Of a DNA stretch of 40,889 bases, positions 26,397 through 34,455 are shown in pieces (positions within the stretch are counted from its first letter, which is position 1; each line of letters begins with the position of its first letter). Origin of the DNA: a virus (Duplodnaviria > Caudoviricetes); the IMG/VR virus record IMGVR_UViG_3300037313_000615, positions 1 to 40,889 of that record. One strand, written 5' to 3'. The notes under the pieces were generated by a model. The model was not told the origin of the DNA. It ran no database searches and worked only from the letters and a program-made list of their open reading frames with translations. The position numbers were made by a program, and so were the translations under genes.

Positions 26397-26600
26397 ATGC
26401 AGAAAGTTCGCCGCACCTCGCGAAAGCCGCCGCCATATCCTTTCCAGACCCTTAAAAAGGGGGAATCATTCATCTGCAATGCGGCAAAGCCAAATTCCAA
26501 ATATCAGATAGCAAGGGCTGCTACATTCCGTTTTGCCCCCAAGGTATTTCGGGCTGGGACTGGCGAGGATGGGCAACCCAGGATTTGGAGAGAAGCATGA
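26397..26600 (+). CDS. Small basic putative DNA-binding protein
   Basis: YPFQTLKKGESF...RIWR motif of small phage regulators. Confidence 0.55.
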   Translation: MQKVRRTSRKPPPYPFQTLKKGESFICNAAKPNSKYQIARAATFRFAPKVFRAGTGEDGQPRIWREA

Positions 26601-26804
26601 CGTTCCAAAAAGAAGCTTCTAAATCACCCCGATTCGCGTCAATTTGCGCCGTTTTTGAGACTCGCTAAATGACCGCATTTCTCGCCATCACCGGAATAGA
26701 CCCGCAAGCCGCAATCGGCATGATTGGGTTTCTAGCAATCGTTTTTATTCCCGCCGCGATTGATAAATTGATCCGGCGCGGAATTGGAAGATAGGGGAGC
26801 CGTT

Positions 26805-27545
26805 TTGAGCAATCGTATTCAGGTCTGGTCGGCTGGTGGCGGGACGCAAAGCGCGGCCATCGCTGCGCTGATCTGCCTTGGCAAGCTGCGGCCTGATATT
26901 TCCGTGATCGTGGACACTGAGCGGGAGGTTCAGCAGACATGGGATTACCATGACAGCGTGATTGTGCCGAACCTGGCTGCGGTGGGCGTGACCCTGCATC
27001 GCGTGCCGAAGTCGCGCTATGCCACCGTGGACCTTTACGGCGGCGAGGACGGCAGCACCTTATTGATCCCAGCCTTCCAGAAGAACCCGGAGACCGGCGA
27101 GCAAGGAAAGCTGCCGACATTTTGCAGCAACGAATGGAAGGTCCGCGTGGTGCAGCGGTTCTGCAACGAAATGATGCAGGGCGGCAGGGCTGGCTTCGAT
27201 CTGTGGCTTGGGATTTCCCGCGATGAAGCCCACCGGATGCGGGCCGGAGGCAAAGGCAAGTGGCAGTATCGCCACCCGCTGATTGACGATGGTCGGCTTA
27301 TGAGCCGTCAGGATTGTCGGGAACTGGTCAAATCTATGGGCTGGCCGCCGCCGCCGAAGTCGCGTTGTTGGATGTGCCCGAACCAGACCGGGGCCGAATG
27401 GGGCGATCTGGTGAAAAATTACCCGGCTGATTACGCCAAGGCGAAAGCGTTTGAACACCGGCTGCAAGAGCGCAGCCCTGGGGTCTATTTGGAAGATGCC
27501 AAGGCGAGCGGCGGCGACTGCATGTCCGGTTTTTGTTTCACCTAA
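26805..27545 (+). CDS. PAPS-reductase-like (PP-loop, adenine nucleotide alpha-hydrolase) protein
   Basis: VWSAGGGTQS, IVDTERE, CSNEWK, WLGISRDE, PPKSRCWMCP, terminal CMSGFCF; TTG 26805 after GGAG. Confidence 0.75.
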   Translation: MSNRIQVWSAGGGTQSAAIAALICLGKLRPDISVIVDTEREVQQTWDYHDSVIVPNLAAVGVTLHRVPKSRYATVDLYGGEDGSTLLIPAFQKNPETGEQGKLPTFCSNEWKVRVVQRFCNEMMQGGRAGFDLWLGISRDEAHRMRAGGKGKWQYRHPLIDDGRLMSRQDCRELVKSMGWPPPPKSRCWMCPNQTGAEWGDLVKNYPADYAKAKAFEHRLQERSPGVYLEDAKASGGDCMSGFCFT

Positions 27546-27555
27546 ATGGAGCGTC

Positions 27556-27747
27556 ATGGGGAAGCCGCAAACACAGAACCGCGATCCAGTCACAAAGCGC
27601 TATGCCTTTGACGGCGACATGACGCGCATGTGTGTCTGCGGCCACCCGCTGGGCGAACACATCGCGGGTGGCTTCGAGTGCCAATGTGTTATTGGGCGCG
27701 ATTGCGCCTGCACTAAGTTCCGGCCTAGCCGGAAGAAACCCTCATAG
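27556..27747 (+). CDS. Small Cys/His-rich protein
   Basis: CVCGHPLGEH...C.C...CACTKF; GGAG RBS. Confidence 0.6.
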   Translation: MGKPQTQNRDPVTKRYAFDGDMTRMCVCGHPLGEHIAGGFECQCVIGRDCACTKFRPSRKKPS

Positions 27748-27759
27748 GGAGCGCAGGCT

Positions 27760-27948
27760 GTGAAGATTATTTCCGCATCGCCATCCGGTTTCGTGATCAT
27801 CCACGCGGGGCGGATCATTGACAAAGACTTTGCGACCAAAGCGGAAGCCGAGGCATGGGCCGACGCCAACATAGATGACCAGATGTTTGATAAGCCGAAC
27901 TGGTTTGCCGATCCGATCAAGTATCGGGCCGCGCAGGATTCGGCATAA
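27760..27948 (+). CDS. Hypothetical protein
   Basis: FATKAEAEAWAD motif; flanked by GGAGC junctions. Confidence 0.6.
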   Translation: MKIISASPSGFVIIHAGRIIDKDFATKAEAEAWADANIDDQMFDKPNWFADPIKYRAAQDSA

Positions 27949-28119
27949 GGAGCCCCGCCATGACCAAGCCATGGATCTCCGACGCCCGACAGCGCCGCTC
28001 CAAACGCTATTTGGCCGTCCATGCCGATCTTGCCGCATACGCTGCATTGAAAGCGCTTGAACCCCGCCAGGTTCGCCATCAGGCTAGATCGAATCAGTTT
28101 TGGGAAACGGGGGAAATTG

Positions 28120-28608
28120 ATGACACCGGAGATTCAAAAGCTGGGCGCCGACGCTCGGTCAAAGTACAGCGATGAACAGCGGGAATTTGTTAAGGCCGGC
28201 TGGGCTGCGGGCAAAAGCTCATCAGTCCTGGCCCAGGACATGTTTACAGCCTTCGGGCTCGATATATCTCGCAACTGCATCATTGGGCTAGTCAGCCGCA
28301 TGAAGCTGCCATCACGCCCAGCCGGCGCATGGCGCTATGTCAAAAACAACAAACCATGCCGCAAGCCGAGGCCGCCAGAGCCAAAACCGGCCCCGCCCAG
28401 GCCCGATCTCGAACAGCCCCTAGCAGTGGGCCCGATTGGGGATTTCCCCGCCCAGGGGCTTTGCAAATGGCCTGTACAGGACCTGCCGGACTTTCAATGC
28501 TGCGGCCAACCACAGTTTGGCAGGGGGCCGTACTGCGAACACCATTCTGCGCGGCGGAAGGGAACCCAGCCACGAGTGGCCGGCACGAATATTAGGGTGC
28601 CATTCTAG
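28120..28608 (+). CDS. gcrA: GcrA-like cell-cycle regulator
   Basis: W.AGKSSS.LA...ISRNCIIGLVSRMKL HTH, plus CKWPV...FQCCGQP...PYCEHH C-terminal domain. Confidence 0.8.
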   Translation: MTPEIQKLGADARSKYSDEQREFVKAGWAAGKSSSVLAQDMFTAFGLDISRNCIIGLVSRMKLPSRPAGAWRYVKNNKPCRKPRPPEPKPAPPRPDLEQPLAVGPIGDFPAQGLCKWPVQDLPDFQCCGQPQFGRGPYCEHHSARRKGTQPRVAGTNIRVPF

Positions 28609-28667
28609 ACTGTGCGCAAAACGCAGTTCCGTCTGCAAAGTTCCGTCAACTTATGTTAAACTGATTC

Positions 28668-28785
28668 TGCTGGGGAGCGGCTCGCTACCGTTCCTGTAAC
28701 CAGACGTGTCTAGGCCGGGTCGGGAGCGTCCAGCAACGCACCCCTTCCGCCCGGTCCGGCCTGCTCGTCTATTTAGGAACGGTTC
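28668..28785 (+). promoter_or_regulatory. Structured 5' leader of the replication gene
   Basis: ACCGTTCCT (28687-95) pairs with AGGAACGGT (28775-83, contains the RBS); 13-bp helix 28712-24/28750-62; candidate -10 TAAACT at 28657-62. Confidence 0.6.
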
Positions 28786-29571
28786 ATGGCCAGATGGCTA
28801 AGGCTCTATGAGAGCGTCTTGGACGACCCCAAGGTGCAAAAACTTCCGGATTCTGCATTTCGCGCCTGGGTCAATTTGCTGTGTTTGGCAGCTCGGACCG
28901 ATGGTTTGATAAATGTGGACGTTAGTAACATCGCATTCTCATTGCGAAAATCCGAACAAAAAACCAGAGAAATTTTACAAATCCTACAGTCCGGCGGCCT
29001 TCTGATCCGCTCTGAAAATGGCTGGAAACCTCATAATTGGGACAAGTGGCAGTACAAGTCGGACGTTTCAACGGAACGGGTAAGGGCGTTTCGGAAACGC
29101 CATGAAACCGTTTCAGTAACGCCCCCAGATACAGAACAGAACAGAGCAGAAGAATCTAATACCCCAAGGGTATTAGATGCGCCCAAACGGAAATCGAAAC
29201 ATTCTCTCCCGGACATCTTCCCCCTCCAAGCTGACAAGGACTGGGCGATAGCCTTTTGGCTCAAGCGCGGGAGGGTAGACCTGTGCAACGGCCTGGAGGA
29301 CGAGGTTTCCAAGTTCCGAGATCATCACGCCGCCAAATTAACCAATTCCGCAGACTGGTCAGCCAGCTGGCGGACTTGGACCCAGAACGCAGTCAAATTC
29401 AGCAACGGAGGACACAATGGAAGACCAGCCAGAAAATCCAATCATGAAACCTTCTACGACGCAGCCAGCGCCGTTGCCGCCCGCATCCTCGGAGAAGATC
29501 GAGAAATTAACCCTTCTGGCCCGTCTCCAATCATTTTACTGCCAACCCGGGCAAACAAAGCAGCAGATTGA
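28786..29571 (+). CDS. Phage replication initiator (replisome organizer-like)
   Basis: WLRLYESVLDDPKVQKL..FRAWVNLLCLA, HNWDKWQ..SD.STERVRAFR, C-terminal KFRDHH...DWSASWRTW. Confidence 0.75.
   Translation: MARWLRLYESVLDDPKVQKLPDSAFRAWVNLLCLAARTDGLINVDVSNIAFSLRKSEQKTREILQILQSGGLLIRSENGWKPHNWDKWQYKSDVSTERVRAFRKRHETVSVTPPDTEQNRAEESNTPRVLDAPKRKSKHSLPDIFPLQADKDWAIAFWLKRGRVDLCNGLEDEVSKFRDHHAAKLTNSADWSASWRTWTQNAVKFSNGGHNGRPARKSNHETFYDAASAVAARILGEDREINPSGPSPIILLPTRANKAAD
29064..29157. other. Putative replication origin inside the initiator gene
   Basis: Clustered GTTTC/GAAAC palindromes (GCGTTTC-G-GAAACGC 29086-29100; TGAAAC-C-GTTTCA 29103-29115) followed by CAGA(A/T/G) purine-rich repeats, a lambda-O-like layout. 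Confidence 0.45.
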
Positions 29572-29878
29572 AATGCTGTTATTGGATATGCTGGAAGATT
29601 TGGAGGGATACAGCCCTGAAAAGCTGCGCGATGCCTGCCGGCAGTATCGCACCAATCCTGAGAATCGGTTCTTCCCATCGTCCGGACAATTGATTGGTAT
29701 AATGCGACCAGAGCCACAGAGAAGGCTCCAGACGTTCAAATCGAGCATGTACGGTATCGGATGTGGAGAAAAAAAGCTGCCGTCTGTGGCCGCCGTATTG
29801 CGTAAGAACGGCCATCATGCGGCAGCGGATCGGTGGGAACTTAAATCTTCAAACCCACATCGTCCGAGCGAATCTTAA
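29417..29878 (+). CDS. Putative helicase loader/inhibitor
   Basis: DLEGYSPEKLRDACRQYR....RFFPSSGQL; follows the initiator; GGAGG RBS. Confidence 0.55.
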   Translation: MEDQPENPIMKPSTTQPAPLPPASSEKIEKLTLLARLQSFYCQPGQTKQQIEMLLLDMLEDLEGYSPEKLRDACRQYRTNPENRFFPSSGQLIGIMRPEPQRRLQTFKSSMYGIGCGEKKLPSVAAVLRKNGHHAAADRWELKSSNPHRPSES

Positions 29879-30136
29879 CCGTCACCACGTCACCACGTTC
29901 GCCAGCCCGCAAATAATACCAGCTGGCATAGGACACCTGCCGCCGGAATATTGCATCAATCTCGTTATCCACCATCCAATCCACAATGGTATAATCCGGT
30001 TCATGCCGGACGATCCGAAGCGGCACATCGGTATATTCCGGGCCCGACATGGCGATGAACCTTTTAATTCGCGCGGCCTGTAATTCGTGGTGCAGCATGG
30101 CTTGACAGGTATATGGCACGCCTGTATATGTCATTC

Positions 30137-30274
30137 ATGGCTAGAAAACAACCGACAAAATCAGAACTTCTGAAAATGGCCGAACGGCTGTTGGAGATTC
30201 GCAAGAATCACGCGGCCAGGATGCGGCGCTGGCGGGCCAAGAGGGCCGACGCCGCAGCAAGTAAAAAAGGTTAG
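30137..30274 (+). CDS. 45-aa basic protein, probably leaderless
   Basis: MARKQPTKSELLKMAERLLEIRKNHAARMRRWRAKR...; TTGACA (30102-07) and TATATG (30125-30) just upstream. Confidence 0.5.
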   Translation: MARKQPTKSELLKMAERLLEIRKNHAARMRRWRAKRADAAASKKG

Positions 30275-30382
30275 ATCGCTTTTTGGGTGCGGCATGACAG
30301 CGAAGCAAATAGCAAAAGCTGCGCACGTGACTGTTGATATGGTCAATGATCTGAAGAGGGGTAAAACCTGGCGGTGGCTGGC

Positions 30383-31429
30383 ATGATGGCGTTTTCTCCA
30401 GGGGTCTGGTTTGGCCTGCCGGCAGAGGATTATTTCTCTGTGCCAGCATTAAGCGCATCCGGGGTAAAGCTATTGAGGCAATCGCCCCTTGATTATTGGG
30501 CGAGAACCGCTTGGTTAAATCCAAACGTGGAGGTTGAAGAGGATTCATTCGCCTATATCCTTGGCGCTGCCTATCATGCACGTCTACTGGAGGGGCGGGA
30601 GGTATTCGACCGGCGATTTGCGGCCAAGTTTGAGGCCACTGAAGACCATCTAGTGACGGATGATGATCTTAAGGAGTGGATGGTGTCACGAGGCTATAAG
30701 CCTTCTGGCTCGCGCAAGGCCAATCGCATTGCCACTATCCTAGAATTGGAACCAAGTATGAAAGATGCGATCTATGACCTCGCACTTGAAGCTTACCGCC
30801 AAGAACACCACGGCAAGAAATTTCTATCACAAAACGTCATAGACCGAATCGAACTCGCCGCCGCCATGATCGAGAAATCCCCGACGCTGGGACAGGCATT
30901 CAAGGGCGGGATTCCAGAAGTTTCGATATTCTGGGTGGATGAGGAAACGGGGTGTCCCTGTAAGGCACGTCTAGATTATTGGAAACCGCGCGCGACGGTG
31001 GATCTGAAAACGTTCGAAAATCAATATGGTCGGGAAATATCTCGAGCCGTGGACCGTGAATTCGCCAATAACCGCTATGCGTTTCAGGCGACGCAATACA
31101 TTCAGGCAGTGGACGCGGCCATAAAGCTGATGAAGGACGGCAAGATTTATGGCTCGGCTCCGCTAGCTATAACTGATGCCATCATTAAGGCGCCTGCAGA
31201 TGAACGGAAATTTTTCTTTATTTTCCAGCAAAAGGGCCCGGCGCCGGTTGCTTGTGGTAAGGTATTCAACCGCCAGAGCGCGTTGTTCCAGATATGCGCT
31301 GCGCACCTTGAAACCGCCAGGCGTACATATGTGGAATACATGGCAAAATTCGGCACCGACCTATGGATTACCGATATGCCGATCACCGAAATCCAAGACG
31401 ACGAGGTGGCACCGTGGGCAACGGAATGA
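30383..31429 (+). CDS. RecE/exonuclease VIII-like PD-(D/E)XK nuclease (DUF3799-like)
   Basis: ALSASGVKLL, G.AYHARLLE, EVSIFW.D..TG.PCKARLDY...VDLKT, Y.FQA..Y. Confidence 0.8.
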   Translation: MMAFSPGVWFGLPAEDYFSVPALSASGVKLLRQSPLDYWARTAWLNPNVEVEEDSFAYILGAAYHARLLEGREVFDRRFAAKFEATEDHLVTDDDLKEWMVSRGYKPSGSRKANRIATILELEPSMKDAIYDLALEAYRQEHHGKKFLSQNVIDRIELAAAMIEKSPTLGQAFKGGIPEVSIFWVDEETGCPCKARLDYWKPRATVDLKTFENQYGREISRAVDREFANNRYAFQATQYIQAVDAAIKLMKDGKIYGSAPLAITDAIIKAPADERKFFFIFQQKGPAPVACGKVFNRQSALFQICAAHLETARRTYVEYMAKFGTDLWITDMPITEIQDDEVAPWATE

Positions 31430-31611
31430 AATTACATAAAGATTGCCCTAATCGGAGCCCGGAAGCCCTACTTTGCGCCGCTTCTGAGCCTCTCGATTTT
31501 CGCCAGAAATCACCGAAATCACACGCGCACAGAAACACAATGATCGGTCTGAAGCCGTCCACAGCCTATGCAAACACCCAAGCGAAGAAGTGAAGAAAGG
31601 CGAGCCCCAAG

Positions 31612-31878
31612 ATGGCAAAGTTTGAAAACGTATCTTGCAGCAGTTGCGGTCGGGACTTCGGCCCCGGTGACAGCGGCTATTCCCATTGCGACCAGCACCG
31701 GGCGCGCGACTTCTGGAAAGACATCCCGGCGCAATACAAGCGCGAGCGATGGTCAGTCGATCACCGGGACAAGGACGGCATGTTCTTTGTCCATTCTGGC
31801 GGCTACGGCATCTGTCAGGCGGAAGATAGCGAAGTGTGCTTTGCCATCGCGGCGGCGTTCAACGCTGCGCACTTCTAA
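31612..31878 (+). CDS. Hypothetical protein with Cys/His N-terminus
   Basis: CSSCG.DFGPGDSGYSHCDQH; junction motifs on both sides. Confidence 0.6.
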   Translation: MAKFENVSCSSCGRDFGPGDSGYSHCDQHRARDFWKDIPAQYKRERWSVDHRDKDGMFFVHSGGYGICQAEDSEVCFAIAAAFNAAHF

Positions 31879-31896
31879 CCGGGGAGCGTTCAGACG

Positions 31897-32162
31897 ATGC
31901 CTTACACAGATTGTCCGGATTGCGGATTTTGAAATTGGTTTGTCCAAAGTGCCTGACGAAGATTGATGGCCAGAAATCAGCCATAGAACCTGCTTGGCTT
32001 GACCCTTCCGCAGCACCGACCAACACGAACCTCCTAACATGGGGCGCCGGTCAAATGCGGTTCATGCGCAAGGACGCTCTAGGACAATGGCGCAACATGA
32101 TGGGGCGCCCGAAGCCCACACCAAAATTCTGGGCGCAAGTTCCCAAACCACCTGAGCAATAA
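31897..32162 (+). pseudogene. Frameshifted small gene (CxxC..CxxC plus DUF551-like tail)
   Basis: ATG 31897 gives MPYTDCPDCGF*; the -1 frame continues LKLVCPKC...KFWAQVPKPPEQ. Confidence 0.45.
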
Positions 32163-32173
32163 CGGAGCGTTCG

Positions 32174-32428
32174 ATGCCAGACCTAAAGGTCATCACCGAT
32201 CACATATTCCCGCCCATCCCGATCCGGCAATTTGACTGGGTGGCTTACTTCGACGGCATGGAGGAAGGCCCGCACGCACACGGTGCGACGGAAGCGGAGG
32301 CGGTTTCCCGCCTATGGGCTGGCCAGGGCCGAACCTCTGACGGCCTTTCATGCCTTCATTGCGGCGAGCCTGCCGATCAAACTCTATTGTGCGCCGTTGG
32401 CGGGTGCCCCATCGGCAATGATATTTGA
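32174..32428 (+). CDS. Hypothetical protein
   Basis: PPIPIRQFDWVAY...GATEAEAV motif; RBS present. Confidence 0.65.
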   Translation: MPDLKVITDHIFPPIPIRQFDWVAYFDGMEEGPHAHGATEAEAVSRLWAGQGRTSDGLSCLHCGEPADQTLLCAVGGCPIGNDI

Positions 32429-32549
32429 ACGGAGCGTACAGAATTGGCCCAACTGCTTGCCCATTTAGCGGGAACAGCAGGCTAGCCAAATTAGAAACGG
32501 ACCCGGCGCAATAGTTGGATAGCCCGGTTATTAACGAGGAGAGATTTTC

Positions 32550-32855
32550 ATGGGATCACACATCAACGCTGACGGACAGTTTCAGTCCGACAAATATCCG
32601 ACCTGCCCGCCGGGTAAGGTACCGCTATCCGTCAAGGATGCTACCGCGCAAGACCTTCTATGGATGTATGCGCAGCGCCGCCGCGCGGTGGACGCTGAAT
32701 TTTCCGATGACCTGGAAGCGGCCCTAAAGGGTGCTGGCTTCAACCCCCATTGCGAAAGCTGTGGCCTCCCCACTTCAAAAGGCAGACTTTGTTGGAAGTG
32801 TCTAAGCATGGGTGTCTCCGAATTGGACCTTGATGCCAAATCCGGCGATTTTTGA
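32550..32855 (+). CDS. Hypothetical protein
   Basis: GQFQSDKYPTCPPGKVPLSVKD...DAEFSDDL; GAGGAG RBS. Confidence 0.65.
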   Translation: MGSHINADGQFQSDKYPTCPPGKVPLSVKDATAQDLLWMYAQRRRAVDAEFSDDLEAALKGAGFNPHCESCGLPTSKGRLCWKCLSMGVSELDLDAKSGDF

Positions 32856-32869
32856 GGAGCCCCAAAAAC

Positions 32870-33256
32870 ATGAGTATAGAAATCAAAAAAGGCGATTGGT
32901 GCATCTACGGCCTGGACATTGTGCAGGTCATGGAGCTTGAACCATATGTCGAATATTCGACCGGCCACATCCGAGGCAGCAATGCCCCAATAGAACACTT
33001 CCGCCCCCTCACCCTGCAAAGCAAAGTGATCGTGGAGGGCATGGATCACTACTATCAGATGTTGCGGGATCAGGACGGCAGCGCCGGGTTCAACTTTCCG
33101 CGCATCAGCCAATATTTCGCCCAACTTGCGCTGGACGCCATCGACGGAACCGAGGATCAGGCGAAAGCTGCCTGGAAGCGCGCTCAAGATTTCGTCCATG
33201 CCGCCCGTGACTATCAGCAGGTCATCGACGGCATACGCCTATTTCGGCCTCGCTAG
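32870..33256 (+). CDS. Hypothetical protein
   Basis: ATG 32870 after GAGGAG. Confidence 0.6.
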   Translation: MSIEIKKGDWCIYGLDIVQVMELEPYVEYSTGHIRGSNAPIEHFRPLTLQSKVIVEGMDHYYQMLRDQDGSAGFNFPRISQYFAQLALDAIDGTEDQAKAAWKRAQDFVHAARDYQQVIDGIRLFRPR

Positions 33257-33264
33257 GGGAGCGT

Positions 33265-33426
33265 CTACTTGGAAGCCTTCTCCCGCCTCTTTAGCTCTCG
33301 TTCCACGGCGGACCGCAGGAAAGCCGCCCGGCTCTCCTTGTCCTCCAGAACGGCGTCTATGCGGGCCAGCGAGCCTTCGGGAAGGCGGCACGGCATCTGC
33401 TCTTCATTGATCTGTTTTCTACCCAT
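33265..33426 (-). CDS. Ribbon-helix-helix (CopG-like) regulator, leaderless
   Basis: MGRKQINEEQMPCRLPEGSLARIDAVLEDKESRAAFLRSAVERELKRRE; promoter directly upstream. Confidence 0.75.
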   Translation of the reverse strand: MGRKQINEEQMPCRLPEGSLARIDAVLEDKESRAAFLRSAVERELKRREKASK

Positions 33427-33433
33427 GCCTGTA

Positions 33434-33516
33434 ACAATAGGTGATATCAGAAATACCGTCAAGGGCCAATTATATTTGATATCACCTATTGCATCTACCC
33501 CGAAAGATGATATCTT
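33434..33516. promoter_or_regulatory. Divergent promoters with inverted-repeat operators
   Basis: Perfect 15-bp IR CAATAGGTGATATCA (33435-49)/TGATATCACCTATTG (33477-91); third TGATATC at 33508. Minus-strand TTGACG-N17-TATTGT; plus-strand TTGCAT-N16-TATCTT. Confidence 0.75.
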
Positions 33517-33557
33517 CTATTTCAACAGATATAGAAACCCTTTCGGAGTGCCTGCCA

Positions 33558-33790
33558 TGGTCTCTTTCCCCAAAGTCCCCGCCAATAACCCGGCCTTGAA
33601 GGGCCAGCCCGCTGCCCGCAAGCAGTTGTTTGGCGAACACAAGCGGTATGCCGTCTGGCCGGTGCATACCCGGTTCGATGCCATCCAGTGGTTTGTTGCC
33701 GATGCCGAACACCCTCTGTCAGACACCAGCCATGCGGAAATAATCCGCCAGGCCGACACCCTGGCCCAGGCTCTGGAGGGGTTGGCATGA
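33558..33790 (+). CDS. Hypothetical protein divergent from the RHH gene
   Basis: GGAG RBS; RYAVWPVHTRFDAIQWFVADAE. Confidence 0.6.
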
Positions 33791-34059
33791 AGGGCGATCT
33801 GCGCTGCGTAGATGGGCACCTGTGGCGGCATGATCCGCAACTTGACGATCCGGGCCTTGAGACAAAAATCGGCCAGTGCCCGGATTGCTCCGGCGATGGC
33901 TGCGGCGATGACGGTGAGCCGGTCGCAAAAAGCGGCAGGTCAGACGCTTGGATAGGCCGTGCGGTTAGTACGGCTGATTGCTTGCAATGCGGTAGGCGCC
34001 TCGCGCCCTCAGAGTTTGACTATTGCGACGACTGTTCTGCCGGTCAGTTGGAAGATTAG
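33787..34059 (+). CDS. Cys-rich hypothetical protein
   Basis: GGAGG RBS, ATGA coupling; several CxxC. Confidence 0.55.
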   Translation: MKGDLRCVDGHLWRHDPQLDDPGLETKIGQCPDCSGDGCGDDGEPVAKSGRSDAWIGRAVSTADCLQCGRRLAPSEFDYCDDCSAGQLED

Positions 34060-34063
34060 GAAA

Positions 34064-34243
34064 ATGAGTATTTACCCCCTTCCCGACTTCGGCATCCGCA
34101 GCGTTCCGCCCTGTGGCGACTGTTACGATGATGGTCACTGTTCGATGAACTGCGGCCCCAAGATAGAAAGCCTGCCCTGGCAGACGGCTAAGGCCCGCTC
34201 TGAAATTGTCTGCCGCCGTTCCAATACCAAACCCCAAAGATAG
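34064..34243 (+). CDS. Small Cys-rich protein
   Basis: AGGA RBS; PPCGDCYDDGHCSMNCGP. Confidence 0.5.
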   Translation: MSIYPLPDFGIRSVPPCGDCYDDGHCSMNCGPKIESLPWQTAKARSEIVCRRSNTKPQR

Positions 34244-34254
34244 GCGAGCCGCAA

Positions 34255-34443
34255 ATGTCATACACGCTTGCACAGGTCAATGAAGCGATCCGACTGGAGC
34301 GCGAGCGCTGCGCCAAGATCGCAGACGAGTTCAACCGTCCCGGCCCACGTGCCCCGTCTGACCTTGGTGATGACGAAAACGGCATCTGGAACAACTGCGC
34401 GGCTCGCATTGGCGAGTGCATCCGCGCTCAGGTTTACCCGTAA
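34255..34443 (+). CDS. Hypothetical protein (ERERCAKIA family)
   Basis: AIRLERERCAKIAD...AARIGECIRA motif, common in phages. Confidence 0.65.
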   Translation: MSYTLAQVNEAIRLERERCAKIADEFNRPGPRAPSDLGDDENGIWNNCAARIGECIRAQVYP

Positions 34444-34455
34444 GGAGCGCAGGAT

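Noticed and set aside
29841-30134. Minus-strand 97-aa ORF
   Set aside because: Could be real (alternative ATG 30098) but has no recognisable motif or clear RBS and overlaps the promoter region, so it is not called.
26623-31500. Similar TTTGCGCCG(T/C)TT(T/C)TGAG segments near 26644 and 31471
   Set aside because: Only two short imperfect copies; cannot be distinguished from chance without a search.
33269-33790. 173-aa ORF from the track
   Set aside because: Its 5' half is antisense to the RHH gene and crosses the operator region. The real start is probably ATG 33558 with a GGAG RBS.
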